Shown: positions 27,320 to 42,550 of the stretch, in pieces
How the letters are laid out: the number at the start of each line of letters is the position of its first letter
How positions within the stretch are numbered: position 1 is the first letter of the stretch
Source of the DNA: Octopus sinensis
Lineage: Eukaryota
Reading direction: 5' to 3'
Assembly: GCF_006345805.1 (NCBI RefSeq)
Contig: NC_043001.1
Coordinates: forward strand, 62,310,001-62,374,000
Length of the DNA: 64,000 nt
Position numbers and translations under genes: made by a program
The notes under the pieces: generated by a model
Databases searched by the model: none
What the model was told of the DNA's origin: nothing
What the model saw: only the letters and a program-made list of their open reading frames with translations

Positions 27320-28110
27320 GCTATCAGAAAGTTACCATTAGTTTCATGTCTACTATTGCACTAAGTAATATAGGCAGCTCATCAGACCTTCTGGCCAGAA
27401 GCACATAACCTCTTCGCTAATGGATGCAAAAATACAGTATTAGTCAGCTTGGGGGTGAACAAAACTCCTGCAACAACAAAAACCCCTTCAAGAAGAGACG
27501 GAGTTACTTCCCTATGAACAATTCTACCTGTAACCAAAATGGGTCAGTTTATGTACATTTTCCATTTAATAGCAAGCAGGGAAGCCCATGTTTCTAACAT
27601 GAATTTTCTGTCATTAGAGCATTGACTAAAATCCTCATTTTTTAAATTAAAGAAGGTACCCAAATCAATTGAATTTTCTAGGTCTCTTGCCCTAACAATC
27701 AATCAAAGTTTGAGCCATCTGCTTCCACTGAGGTATGGCCCTGGCTGTTTTAGGAACTTCTATTTAATTTTGTATGTTATTGACTCTTCTTTTAAATGCC
27801 AAATGTAACTGGCCAATGTCATAACATTGTGCTTCCTTGAGGTCCTAACAGAGAGCCTGTGGTTATTTAGTCTGATCTTGCTCCAACATATTTCTATGTA
27901 CCAGTCCCTACATTGTTGGTGCTGCTGCTGTTGTTGTTGTTATTGCTATTGCTACCAATGCTGCTGCTACTGCCTCTACCTCATAGACCCCAGCCTCTGA
28001 GTTGCCCTACTTAACTCTAAATGAGCATCCTTCCTCAGTGTAAGATTTTTTACATTGGAAACACAGATGAATGAGACCCCCAAGTTGTGTATAAAATAGT
28101 TACCTGTACC
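27320..28110 (-). mobile_element. Old Penelope-like (Naiad-type) GIY-YIG remnant with downstream pLTR
   Basis: YIEIC..RLNNHRLSVR..TLASYIWHLKE..YKIK*KFL..PY..NLKNEDFSQC..KFML aligns by eye to the intact EN at 36436-37227. Confidence 0.7.
27326..27392 (-). ncRNA. Type I hammerhead ribozyme fold (stem II degenerate)
   Basis: Stem I AGAAGGU/ACUUUCU (7 bp), CUGAUGA 27385-27379, GAAAC 27345-27341, stem III AC-UAAUG-GU, GUA triplet 27335-27333. Confidence 0.7.
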
Positions 28111-28807
28111 TACAGGATTGCATCAAATACTTAGCAGCTAATCTAAGAAACATCCTTCCCATGCAAGTTTTGACATTGAGTGAGAAGAGAGGGGAAAACC
28201 AAAGGAGGAGGATGGTTCATGACAACCTGAAAGATCAATGGAAGTGTAACAGACATACACTGAATTAATCATTAAAAATCAAAACCTGGGTCTTCACTGT
28301 TCTGGGAATTTGCACTTAGAATTATTAGTTCAACCTGTAAAGTGACCTCTATTTTAAGTAACAAAGAGTTTAATTTAGATAGCTGAACCAACTCTACTGT
28401 TATTGCCCAAATTCAACTTTAGGACAGCTATAATTTCCAATTACCTGTAGAAAAGTCTTCTCTTTACCCAGCAACTTTTGGAGAGTCAACTTCTCTCTCC
28501 CTCTTTACCTCAGCTACTAGCAGATTGTTAATTTTGTCATTAATGGCAACCATGCGTGACTTTCACTTCAACTTAGTAACAGGCTTTTACGACTACAAGA
28601 GATTTTCTATCAAAGTTGACCAACATATGTTTTAACTTCAGAATAGTAGTAGTGAAAATTTTGTAAAGGTGGAATAAAATCTATAAGTATGAAATACTTT
28701 TTTGCATTAGTCTCTTTCAATGCATCCAGAAATGATTAACAAGCGCCCTCAAGTTGCTACATACAGCCTTACTCAAACTTTTTACCAAATACAATTACAC
28801 TGCTAAA

Positions 28808-32162
<3,355 letters not shown>

Positions 32163-32172
32163 TCACTACCTA

Positions 32173-32280
<108 letters not shown>

Positions 32281-32694
32281 CTATTCACAAGAAGAAAAAA
32301 TAAAATATAAAGTTTCAGTTTCCACATAGCCATTTAACATAAAATTTATTCTATGTAGTTATATAAACTAGAAGGATACCCACCATTAAATGGGAAATAA
32401 ATTATTCAGCTGCCATCTAAACAGTTGAATTGAAATCAAAGTAATTGGGCTTAAGTATATTATTTCAAACACGTAGTTTATATTTGTAAAAAAGAAACTT
32501 TTTTTCACTTCTTAAAATGTTAGGGAGTATGGCTCCAAACTTACAGGGAAAAATTAAATTTAGGATTAAATCAAATTTCACAGTATAAGTATATAAAAAA
32601 TATGAATTAGAGATAAAACCACTATTAGGCAACTCAAACAGTAGTAGACATAAACCAATACATAAATAACAAATAATATAAATATAATTAACAT

Positions 32695-32725
<31 letters not shown>

Positions 32726-33373
32726 TTCAAAAAAGTATAAAAAGAATGATAAATATAATATAATAAGTAAAAACACTACATACGTTTCATGGCTATAATT
32801 AAATTTGAATTACAATTAAGTTTAAATTCAAACTAAAATTATAGTCAATATTCAGGTTAATGAATAAGCAAATAGAGTTAATATTTTTTAAGAAATAAAT
32901 AAAATAATTTTTCTTATAAAAAAAACTCCATTAGAAACTTAAAACATTAGGATTATGTCATACAACCCATTTATTATGTTAAATATTTATTTTTAAGGTA
33001 AAAAAAATAGATAGAAATATGTATTTATCTATGAAGATATAATATGGCATCAAAAAAAACATAATAAACTCACGAATATCCTTAACTCAGTTATAGTCCA
33101 AATATAATCAAATAATAAACATATAACCTATCTTAAAAGAACCGTATAACTATCTTATGATGAATATATCTCGTTGGCTAAGTAATATCTTACAAATAAC
33201 GTACAGTTATAATCTAATAATTAAATACATATCATCAACAACTAAATAATTATAGAATCAGATTAACAATCAGTAGTTATATAGTATACAATACAATAAA
33301 ACTTATTAAAATATCTTTAAAAATCTTAAATAGAAAGGGTTTACTTAGCTTTCAAAAACTGTGTCATTAACTA

Positions 33374-33434
<61 letters not shown>

Positions 33435-33640
33435 ATATACATGAATAGTTATCATCATACATACACACATGGAAGGACAGATAGATGTATATTCAATAGT
33501 TTAACTGATTGAATTTTTTTGCTCACTATATTAGTATGTACATTGCAGAGCATTCCACAAAAATATGTAATTTTAACATACCAGTTGGACAGAAACAACA
33601 ATGTGAACCAGACTTTTTAACCACAAATACATGTATTATA

Positions 33641-34035
33641 GGCGCAGGAGTGGCTGTGTGGTAAGTAGCTTCCTAACCAACCGCATGGTTCCGGGTTCAG
33701 TCCCACTGCATGGCATTTTGAGCAAGTGTCTTCTACTATAGCCTCGGGCCGACCAAAGCCTTGTGAGTGGATTTGGTAGACGGAAACTGAAAGAAGCCTG
33801 TCATATATATGTATATATATATGTGTGTGTGTGCTTGTGTGTCTGTGTTTGTTCCCCTAGCATTGCTTGACAACCAATGCTGGTATGTTTACATCCCCGT
33901 CACTTAGCGGTTCGACAAAAGAGACCGATAGAATAAGTACTGGGCTTACAAAGAATAAGTCCCGGGGTCGATTTGCTCAACTAAAGGCGGTGCTCAAGCA
34001 TGGCCGCTGTCATATGACTGAAACAAGTAAAAGAG
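33641..34035 (+). mobile_element. tRNA-derived SINE (full length)
   Basis: Same family as 8492-8890 with boxes A and B. Confidence 0.9.
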
Positions 34036-34109
34036 TAAAGAGAGTATGCATGTTTGTGTGTGTGTGTGTATATATATATGTGTGTGTGCATATATATATA
34101 TATATATGT

Positions 34110-34325
34110 ATATCATCATCGTCGTTTAACGTCCGTTCTCCATGCTAGCATGGGTTGGACGGTTCGACCGGGGTTCTGGGAAGCCAGAAGGCTGCACCAG
34201 GCTCCAGTCTAATCTGGCAATGTTTCTACAGCTGGATGCCCTTCCTAACGCCAACCACTCCGTGAGTGTAGTGGGTGCTTTTTACGTGCCACGGTCAGAT
34301 TGGTGTATTTTATGTGCCACCGGCA
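34110..34325 (-). mobile_element. RTE 3' UTR / short retroposon fragment
   Basis: Shared tail and gtgctttttacgtgccac motif. Confidence 0.75.
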
Positions 34326-34336
34326 CATATATATAT

Positions 34337-34396
<60 letters not shown>

Positions 34397-34429
34397 GTAT
34401 ATATATGTGTATATATATATATATGAATG

Positions 34430-34870
34430 TATATAATAATAATAATTGTGTACAGTGCTCAGGTGCACTACAACTCATCTAAAGTGTATATATAATCAGG
34501 TGTAGTTTCGGCAGATTTCGGAAAGCATGAGGGCCTTAAAGGATGCAGTGTCATGGCAGTCAACAACTGACGCAGGCAGTTTATTCCATGCTTCAGCAAC
34601 TCTGAGCGTGAAAAAATGTTTCCGAAGGTCATGGGAGCTGTGTTGTTTTCTGATTTTGTAGGCATGTCCACGTGTGTTAGACACATGTAGATCAAAAAGG
34701 GGTTCGGTGTTGTTGTTGGTGAGGTGGTTGATAACTTTGTGGGTGTTTACCAAGTCCGTCGCCATATATTGTGGGTGTGTACCAAGTCCGTCGCCAGTCC
34801 GTCGCTTCAGTAAATCCATGCCCAGGGAAACAAGGCGCTCAGAATATGGTAGGTGTCTGATGGAGGATTT
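34430..34870 (-). mobile_element. CR1-type LINE 3' end
   Basis: [34 protein letters not shown]; (ATT)n tail. Confidence 0.85.
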
Positions 34871-34876
34871 GCGTTT

Positions 34877-34995
34877 ATATATATATATATATATATATGC
34901 ATATATATGTATGTATATATATATATATGTATATATATATATTTGTATGCATATATATATATATGTATATATATATATTTGTATGCATATATATG

Positions 34996-35026
<31 letters not shown>

Positions 35027-35123
35027 GATATATATATATTATATATATATATGTTATATATATATTGTATATATGTATGCATATATATATATATATGTAT
35101 ATATATATCTTTGTATATATGTA

Positions 35124-35172
<49 letters not shown>

Positions 35173-35188
35173 ATATATGTATGCATAT
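34877..35188. repeat. Compound (TA)n/(TATG)n microsatellite
   Basis: Directly visible; source of the low-complexity IYIY ORFs. Confidence 0.95.
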
Positions 35189-35189
35189 A

Positions 35190-36106
35190 TCATCATCATC
35201 ATCATCATCATTTAGCGTCCGTTTTCCATGCTAGCATGGGTTGGACGGTTCTACTGGGGTCTGTGAAGCCAGAAGGCTTCATCAGGCCCAGTCAAATCTG
35301 GCAGTGTTTCTACGGCTGGATGCCCTTCCTAACGCCAACCACTCCGTGAGTGTAGTGGGTGCTTTTTACGTGCCACCCGCACTGGTGCCAGACAGAGCTG
35401 GCAAACGGCCACGAACGGATGGTGCTTTTTATGTGCCACCGGCACGAGGGCCAGGCGAGGCTGGCAACGGACACGAAACGGGGCGGTGCTGGCAACGGTC
35501 GCGAAACGGAAAGTTCTCTTACATGCCACCGGCACTGGTAACACATCCGCAATTTCCATTGATCGATTTCGATTCTGATCCTCACTTGCCTCAATGGGTC
35601 TTCACAAGCAGAGTTTTGTGTCCCAAGAAGGGAAGGTATGCATACGTAGGCTGGCTCCATCCCATGTAGAAGGCCACGGATTGTGGACTCATGTTGTCCT
35701 GACGGGTCTTCTCGCGCACAGCACACTTCCAGAGGTCTCGGTCTCTAGTCATTTCCTCAGTGAGACCTAAAGTTCGAAGGTCGTGCTTCACCACCTCGTC
35801 CCAGGTTTTCCTGGGTCTGCCTCTTCCACAGGTTCCCTCAACCGCTAGGGTGTGGCACTTTTTCACACAACTATCTTCATCCATTCTCGCCACATGACCA
35901 TACCAGCGCAAACGCCTCTCTTGCACACCACAACTGATGCTTCTTAGGTCCAGCTTTTCTCTCAAGGTACTTACACTCTGCCGAGTGTGAGTACCGGCAT
36001 TACACATCCATCGGAGCATACTGGCTTCATTTCTAGCGAGCTTACGCATATCCTCAGCAGTCACGGCCCATGTTTCACTGCCATGTAGCATGGCTGTTCG
36101 TACACA

Positions 36107-36108
<2 letters not shown>
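35190..36108 (-). mobile_element. RTE LINE 3' fragment
   Basis: MLHGSETWAVT..RRLRWYGHV..GRGRPRKTW plus 3' UTR repeats and tail. Confidence 0.92.
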
Positions 36109-36159
<51 letters not shown>

Positions 36160-36188
36160 ATACAATATGTTACATTACTCGGTAGTCA

Positions 36189-36251
36189 AGATAAAACTCT
36201 GAGTTTCAGATGCCGAAGTGGAAATCCACAACACCATCTCTTCGGTTATCT
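36189..36251 (-). ncRNA. Hammerhead-like fold (U4C, extra U before GAAAC) in PLE 3' region
   Basis: Stem I AGAUAA/UUAUCU, CCGAAGA, stem II GAUG/CAUC, U-GAAAC, stem III ACUC-A-GAGU, GUU triplet. Confidence 0.6.
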
Positions 36252-36435
36252 GGCTATTTGAAAACGTTATGAAAAAATACCGTTAAAAATGAAGGGAAAT
36301 TACTCTGTTATAACTCTGCTTTGCCTGCGTACTTATACATCGCTCGCATTTTTCGTCATAAAAATTATATAAAAATACATAAAAATATATAAAAATATAT
36401 AAAATCTTCTTGGGACATAACACAGAAAGCATGTT

Positions 36436-37227
36436 CTATCCGTTTTCTTTAGGGGACCAAAAACGTAACAGAAATTTAGTCACATGTGGGCATGATCCGA
36501 AAAGCTCTGTCCTTGTATTTAGACATGTGGTAGGGTCTAAGCTGCTTTTCCAGATAAGCCATCTCTCCATGTCGCATAAACCGCACCTTCCGCTGCCGTT
36601 AGTATAGGGCTTACATCTGGCCAAAATCTTCCATTGTATGTTATAATCGACACCTTTATCTCTTAAAGACCAAATATGATTGGATAATTGTGTCGCTTTT
36701 CTTTTGTTCCAGTGCCTAAAGCTCAAAGTGTGGTTATTGAACCTGGCCTTGAAATTACCCTCTGTCAGGCCCACATATTTCTTCGTCGAAACAGTGTCTT
36801 TAGTGGTTATAGAGTTTACGGTAGCTTCATATATGATGGTCTTGGACATGCAAGCTCCATTTAGCGGGCACAATTCTTTATTCCTGCATGAACAGCTGTT
36901 TTCTTGTGTTTTTTGTATGTTATGATTGATTATGTTTTTAAAATTGGTAGTTGAACTAAAACTAATTTTTAAATTGTGTCTATTGAAGAGTTTCCTATAA
37001 GCATGGTTAACTGGAAAATGTCTATCTATCAGTGCTAGGAAATATTTACCTATATTGAAGGCCACCTCGGGTGAGTAAGGGGGCGTAAACCAGATGACCT
37101 TCCTATTTCTATTATTCCTTTTCCTTATTGTTGGGCTGGTGATAGGTGTATATTTTATTTTTTCGCTAAAACCACTATCTTTTAAAGCTATTATAAACTG
37201 GGGCAACGCTATTGAAGATGTCCTCAT
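36436..37227 (-). CDS. PLE linker and GIY-YIG endonuclease (263 aa, uninterrupted)
   Basis: WFTPPYS, CxCx5CP, IYEA..YVG, RFNNH, CGLC, CPH. Confidence 0.85.
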   Translation of the reverse strand: MRTSSIALPQFIIALKDSGFSEKIKYTPITSPTIRKRNNRNRKVIWFTPPYSPEVAFNIGKYFLALIDRHFPVNHAYRKLFNRHNLKISFSSTTNFKNIINHNIQKTQENSCSCRNKELCPLNGACMSKTIIYEATVNSITTKDTVSTKKYVGLTEGNFKARFNNHTLSFRHWNKRKATQLSNHIWSLRDKGVDYNIQWKILARCKPYTNGSGRCGLCDMERWLIWKSSLDPTTCLNTRTELFGSCPHVTKFLLRFWSPKENG

Positions 37228-39718
37228 TAGATGAGAGGCTAGAAATCCTCTTACTAATATTTTTAACTAAATTTTTGAATACTATAGGGGGATGGCATGA
37301 ACCTACATTAATATAACTTAGTCTATCATTGGGCTTCCTATAAGGCTTATAAATATTATTATTAAGATCTAAGGAAACGTCTCAGAAATTGACAACCGTC
37401 AGGTTAGTGTCTATAGTTATACTAAGTCCGAAGTGTTTCATTAACTGGATAATATCCTTCCTAAAACGATCTTGTGCTGGTCCATTTGTATTAGCTGTTA
37501 AGGCGAGGGCATCATCTTTGTAGATGGCGAAATGTACGTTAGGGAATGTCTTACCGAAGGTATCTAGGAGAAAGAGTCCAATTAGATCACAGATGCCTGC
37601 CCCATCATATGAACCCATGCTCACATCGAAAGCGCCCTCCGCATATCACATAGATTATTCTATGAAAAATATACCGATCCCATCAAAGGTTTTTACTCTA
37701 AGAAACTTCTGCAAAAAATTACTGATGTAATTAAGCGTATGAGATGGAAGGCTTTCTTTTTTGACACAGAAGCGAACACCAAGGAAAACATTTGCTATCG
37801 GATAAAATCCAAAAAATTCCCTCCTAGGATTAAAGGCTTGGAAGATTTCGAAGCGGACCTGCTGAAGATCATGAGCAAAATAAAGTTTCGTAAGTCTTTT
37901 AACAATTTCCAACATAAATTGAAAAAAATATTGATCATATAAAAAGCTCCAAGAAAAAAGCACTTTTTTCGGATAAAACCAAGAACTTATACCTGGTAGA
38001 TAACAGCAAATACACACAACTCTTACACAACAGCATCATTAAAATTATACTAAGGCTAGGGCACAGACATATAACGAATTAATAAAGAAGCTAGCGTCAT
38101 CGCCGCAAACTTAAATTAGATAAAAAAATAGAAACTCTCCCCCAAAAGAGGCCTTTATTACTATTAAAGACCACAAAGAAAACTTCCTTTCCAACCCTAA
38201 ATGTAGGCTTATCAACCCAGCCAAGTCAGAACTAGGGATTATTAGCAAAGAAATTTTAGATAAAATAAATACGAAAATTAAGACCGATACTAGGCTAGTG
38301 CAATGGTCCAATAGTATAGAATTCGTAGACTGGTTTAAAGCTATTAAGAATAAGAAAAAACGAGGTTTACACAATTCGATATTGTTGATTTTTATGCCTC
38401 TATCTCTAAAGAATGCTAGATAGAGCCCTAATCTTCGCTAGTGACTTCATAGAAATTAGTACCAATGATAAGGATATAATCTTCCATGCTAGAAAGACAT
38501 TACTTTTCAGTGAGAATGCAAAGTGGGTAAAAAACACCGACACGGGGGGCGCTTTCGATGTGAGCATGGGTTCATATGATGGGGCAGGCATCTGTGATCT
38601 AATTGGACTCTTTCTCCTAGATACCTTCGGTAAGACATTCCCTAACGTACATTTCGCCATCTACAAAGATGATGCCCTCGCCTTAACAGCTAATACAAAT
38701 GGACCAGCACAAGATCGTTTTAGGAAGGATATTATCCAGTTAATGAAACACTTCGGACTTAGTATAACTATAGACACTAACCTGACGGTTGTCAATTTCT
38801 GAGACGTTTCCTTAGATCTTAATAATAATATTTATAAGCCTTATAGGAAGCCCAATGATAGACTAAGTTATATTAATGTAGGTTCATGCCATCCCCCTAT
38901 AGTATTCAAAAATTTAGTTAAAAATATTAGTAAGAGGATTTCTAGCCTCTCATCTAATGAGGACATCTTCAATAGCGTTGCCCCAGTTATAATAAAGCTT
39001 TAAAAGAAGTGGTTTTAGCGAAAAAATAAAATATACACCTATCACCAGCCCAACAATAAGGAAAAGGAATAATAGAAATAGGAAGGTCATCTGGTTTACG
39101 CCCCCTTACTCACCCGAGGTGGCCTTCAATATAGGTAAATATTTCCTAGCACTGATAGATAGACATTTTCCAGTTAACCATGCTTATAGGAAACTCTTCA
39201 ATAGACACAATTTAAAAATTAGTTTTAGTTCAACTACCAATTTTAAAAACATAATCAATCATAACATACAAAAAACACAAGAAAACAGCTGTTCATGCAG
39301 GAATAAAGAATTGTGCCCGCTAAATGGAGCTTGCATGTCCAAGACCATCATATATGAAGCTACCGTAAACTCTATAACCACTAAAGACACCGTTTCGACG
39401 AGAAGAAATATGTGGGCCTGACAGAGGGTATTTCAAGGCCAGGTTCAATAACCACACTTTGAGCTTTAGGCACTGGAACAAAGAAAAGCGACACAATTAT
39501 CCAATCATATTTGGTCTTTAAGAGATAAAGGTGTCGATTATAACATACAATGGAAGATTTTGGCCAGATGTAAGCCCTATACTAACGGCAGCGGAAGGTG
39601 CGGTTTATGCGACATGGAGAGATGGCTTATCTGGAAAAGCAGCTTAGACCCTACCACATGTCTAAATACAAGGACAGAGCTTTTCAGATCATGCCCACAT
39701 GTGACTAAATTTCTGTTA

Positions 39719-39818
39719 NNNNNNNNNNNNNNNNNNNNNNNNNNNNNNNNNNNNNNNNNNNNNNNNNNNNNNNNNNNNNNNNNNNNNNNNNNNNNNNNNN
39801 NNNNNNNNNNNNNNNNNN
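39719..39818. other. Assembly gap (100 N)
   Basis: Run of N. Confidence 1.
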
Positions 39819-39819
39819 C

Positions 39820-41400
39820 CAAGGATTTGGAAGTTTAAGAATCCTTTAAATAGTCAGAGATTTCGGGACACTCTAATTGAAAAATTTAATGAGAAGGAAC
39901 TATGGACCAAATCTGTGACTGGTGCAAAGTCCCAACAAGACCTAGGGTGACATGGTGGTGGAACAATGTTGTAGACAAGGCCATCAGAGGGAAGAAACAG
40001 GCCTGGAAGGACTGGATGAATGGTGGTAGCAGAGAACTATATCAGGTAACTAGGAGGGAGGCTAGAAGACATGTATGCCTAGCTAAGGGAGAAACAGAAA
40101 GGAGGAAGTTTGCCAATGTTCTGTGATATGAGGACCAGAGGCTTGAAGTGTTTCAGATTGCAAGACAGTGTGTCAGAGAAAATTGTGATGTTGTAGGAGA
40201 GAAATGTGTTCACATAGATGATGGCTCAAATGCAGCTAGTGATTCTACAAAGAAGGCGGCTTGGAAGTGCCACTACGAAAGGTTACTAAATGTAGGGAGA
40301 AGGAGAGCCTGCCTAATGATGACCACACTCGATATGAAAAGGTGTTGGGAGAACCTCCATAAAGTGTACCCAGTGCAAGCTATGAACATGTAAGAGGTGC
40401 AGCAATATCACTGGAAGACTAACAGAGAAAGTAGTCTTTACATGTGGCAGAGATACATTAAACACCAGGAATGTACAATAAATAGACTCCCTCAAATGTC
40501 AGTGGGGATTCTTAGAAGTAGTAGACAACTTCTGTTACTTAGGTGACCAAGTTAGTAGTGGGGAAGATTGTTCCGAAACCAAAGCTGCTAGAATAAGAAA
40601 ATGTGCAAAGATTTGAGAGCTACAACCTTTGTTACTAATAAAGGGAATCTCTCTGAGAGAGGAAGGCAGGTTGTATTATGCCTGTGTATGAAAGGCTATG
40701 CTACATGGCAGTGAAACATGGGCTGTGACTACTGAGGACATACAAAGGCTTGAAAGAAATGAAGCCAGTATGCTCCACTGGATGGGTAATGTCAGTGTGC
40801 ATGTGCGACAGTGTAAGTGATTTGAGAGAAAAACTGGGTGTACAAAGAATGAGATGTGCTGTGTATGTGAGAAGACTGGCCATGTAATGCATATGAATAA
40901 AGACAGCTGCATCAAGAGGTGTTGATCTCTAATTGTAGAGGGAACATGTGGAAGGGGTAGACCCAAGAAGTCGTGGGATGAAGTGATGAGAAATGATTTG
41001 GGCATTGGGACTCACAGAGGGGATAAGGGACCAAGACTCCTGGTGTTTTGTAGTGCTTGAAAAGACATGTCAAGTAAAAGCATGGTTGTCCTTGCATACA
41101 GGCTATCCCCTGCATTCCTCTCCAGCTGATCATTCATAACGTTGGTTAGGTACGTGGGTACTGGTGCCACATAAAAAGCACCCATACCAATTCCATGTAA
41201 ATGCACCCATGCCAGTGATGCATAAAAGCATCCAGTACACTCTGAAAAGTGGTTGGCATTAGGAAGGACAGCCGGTCAGAGAAACCATGCCAAAACAGAC
41301 ACAGAGCCTGAGCAGCTCTTCAGCTGGCCAGCTCCTGTCAAACCATCCAACCCATGCCAACATGGAAAACAGACGTTAAATGGTGATGATGGTGATACTG
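39820..41400 (+). mobile_element. Decayed RTE LINE with large internal deletion
   Basis: WWWNNVVDKAI, CHYERLL, PHD remnant, LHGSETW, GRPKKSW; (GAT)n tail. Confidence 0.85.
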
Positions 41401-41653
41401 AAGTTTATAGTAAAAGCATATGCCTAAGGTGTTGTGCAGCAGTAGAACCAAATCCAGGACCACCAATTAATGACAATTTTTTTTGATAATAAAAGAAAAA
41501 ATTTTCATATTGTATAGTGTGTAAAGAAAAACAACTTGCCATGTACAGAAAATTTCCAAGTATAAAATTAAGTTTTAAAAATTAATAAAGTAACTTTACT
41601 AAATACATCAATGACATTGTAAATTTTAGCTTTTTTGAACTGGCATTACATCA

Positions 41654-41776
<123 letters not shown>

Positions 41777-42354
41777 TCAGAAGATAAATAAGTCTTCATA
41801 TATTTTTATCAGATGACTTGGCTAATCTATCAGATCATGTCTGTGCTAAAAAGAACAGAACCGTTATGAATAATCTCATTTTCTTTTACTGGTTTCAGTA
41901 AACATAAACAGCAGAGTTTTTTTTTCCTTTGGTGTAAACAAATACGGACTCATAAAAAACATACATCATCATTTTCAAAATCTTTTAACATTCATCCTCC
42001 ATGCAGTTTGAAAGGATCTGACATGTCTAAGTACCATATCAGCTGCTTTGGCATCGCTTCTATGGATGAATGCCCTTCCAAACACCAACGCTTCATAGTG
42101 GTATTAGGTACTTTTTTCCATGAAGCTGCCATATAGCTTGCAAAAAAAAAAAACAATTTGACTGAGTAGAAGTAAAGTAGAGAGGGAGGTGGCTGTATGC
42201 AAGGAAATAAGCAGTTAAAGTATGAGAGAAGGACCCAGAATAAGTTTTTTGCTTCATAGGGACTACATGGGTATTTAAAGTTATAGAAGAATAGGTGGGA
42301 GTAATCAGAGTGGGGCTGGGGAAAAAATAGATAAAATAGTAGTGTTGAGGATAC

Positions 42355-42550
42355 AAAGTTAAGAAAACCCCCAGGTCCATCAGAACTTGCCACTGAGATG
42401 TTTAAAATGCTTGGTGGAGTAGGATACAACCAAATCACCCACATCATTTATCTGGTTGTACAGGGTGTCATACCCAATGACTGGTATAGCAGCATTATGG
42501 TTAACTGCTGCAAAGGTAAAAGGAAATAGTATTACAGAAGTATCAAATTA
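42355..42550 (+). mobile_element. RTE fragment abutting the Chapaev-like element
   Basis: KTPGPSELATEMFK..IPNDW..NCCKGK..YRSIKL. Confidence 0.65.

Larger units (their letters stand above)
36160..39718. mobile_element. Young Penelope-like element (Naiad-type) with 1.17-kb inverted duplication
   Basis: Plus strand: MKNIPIP..RMRWKAFF, GSYDGAGICDL, IYKDDAL, CSCRNKELCPLNGAC, YVG..RFNNH. 36466-37637 is the reverse complement of 38547-39718. Ends at the gap. Confidence 0.93.

Noticed and set aside
32400-33360. Possible mitochondrial insertion (NUMT)
   Set aside because: AT-rich with hydrophobic translations, but I could not recognise any mitochondrial protein, tRNA or rRNA motif, and it shares a motif with a nuclear repeat.
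34245-35349. Long IYIY/YIYI ORFs here and at 44113-44811 and 45156-45706
   Set aside because: Translations of (TA)n/(CA)n microsatellites; not genes.
38791-38810. In-frame TGA in the young PLE RT as selenocysteine
   Set aside because: It falls at the Leu of the (V)NFLDV motif, not a Cys site; TTA>TGA before the duplication is simpler.
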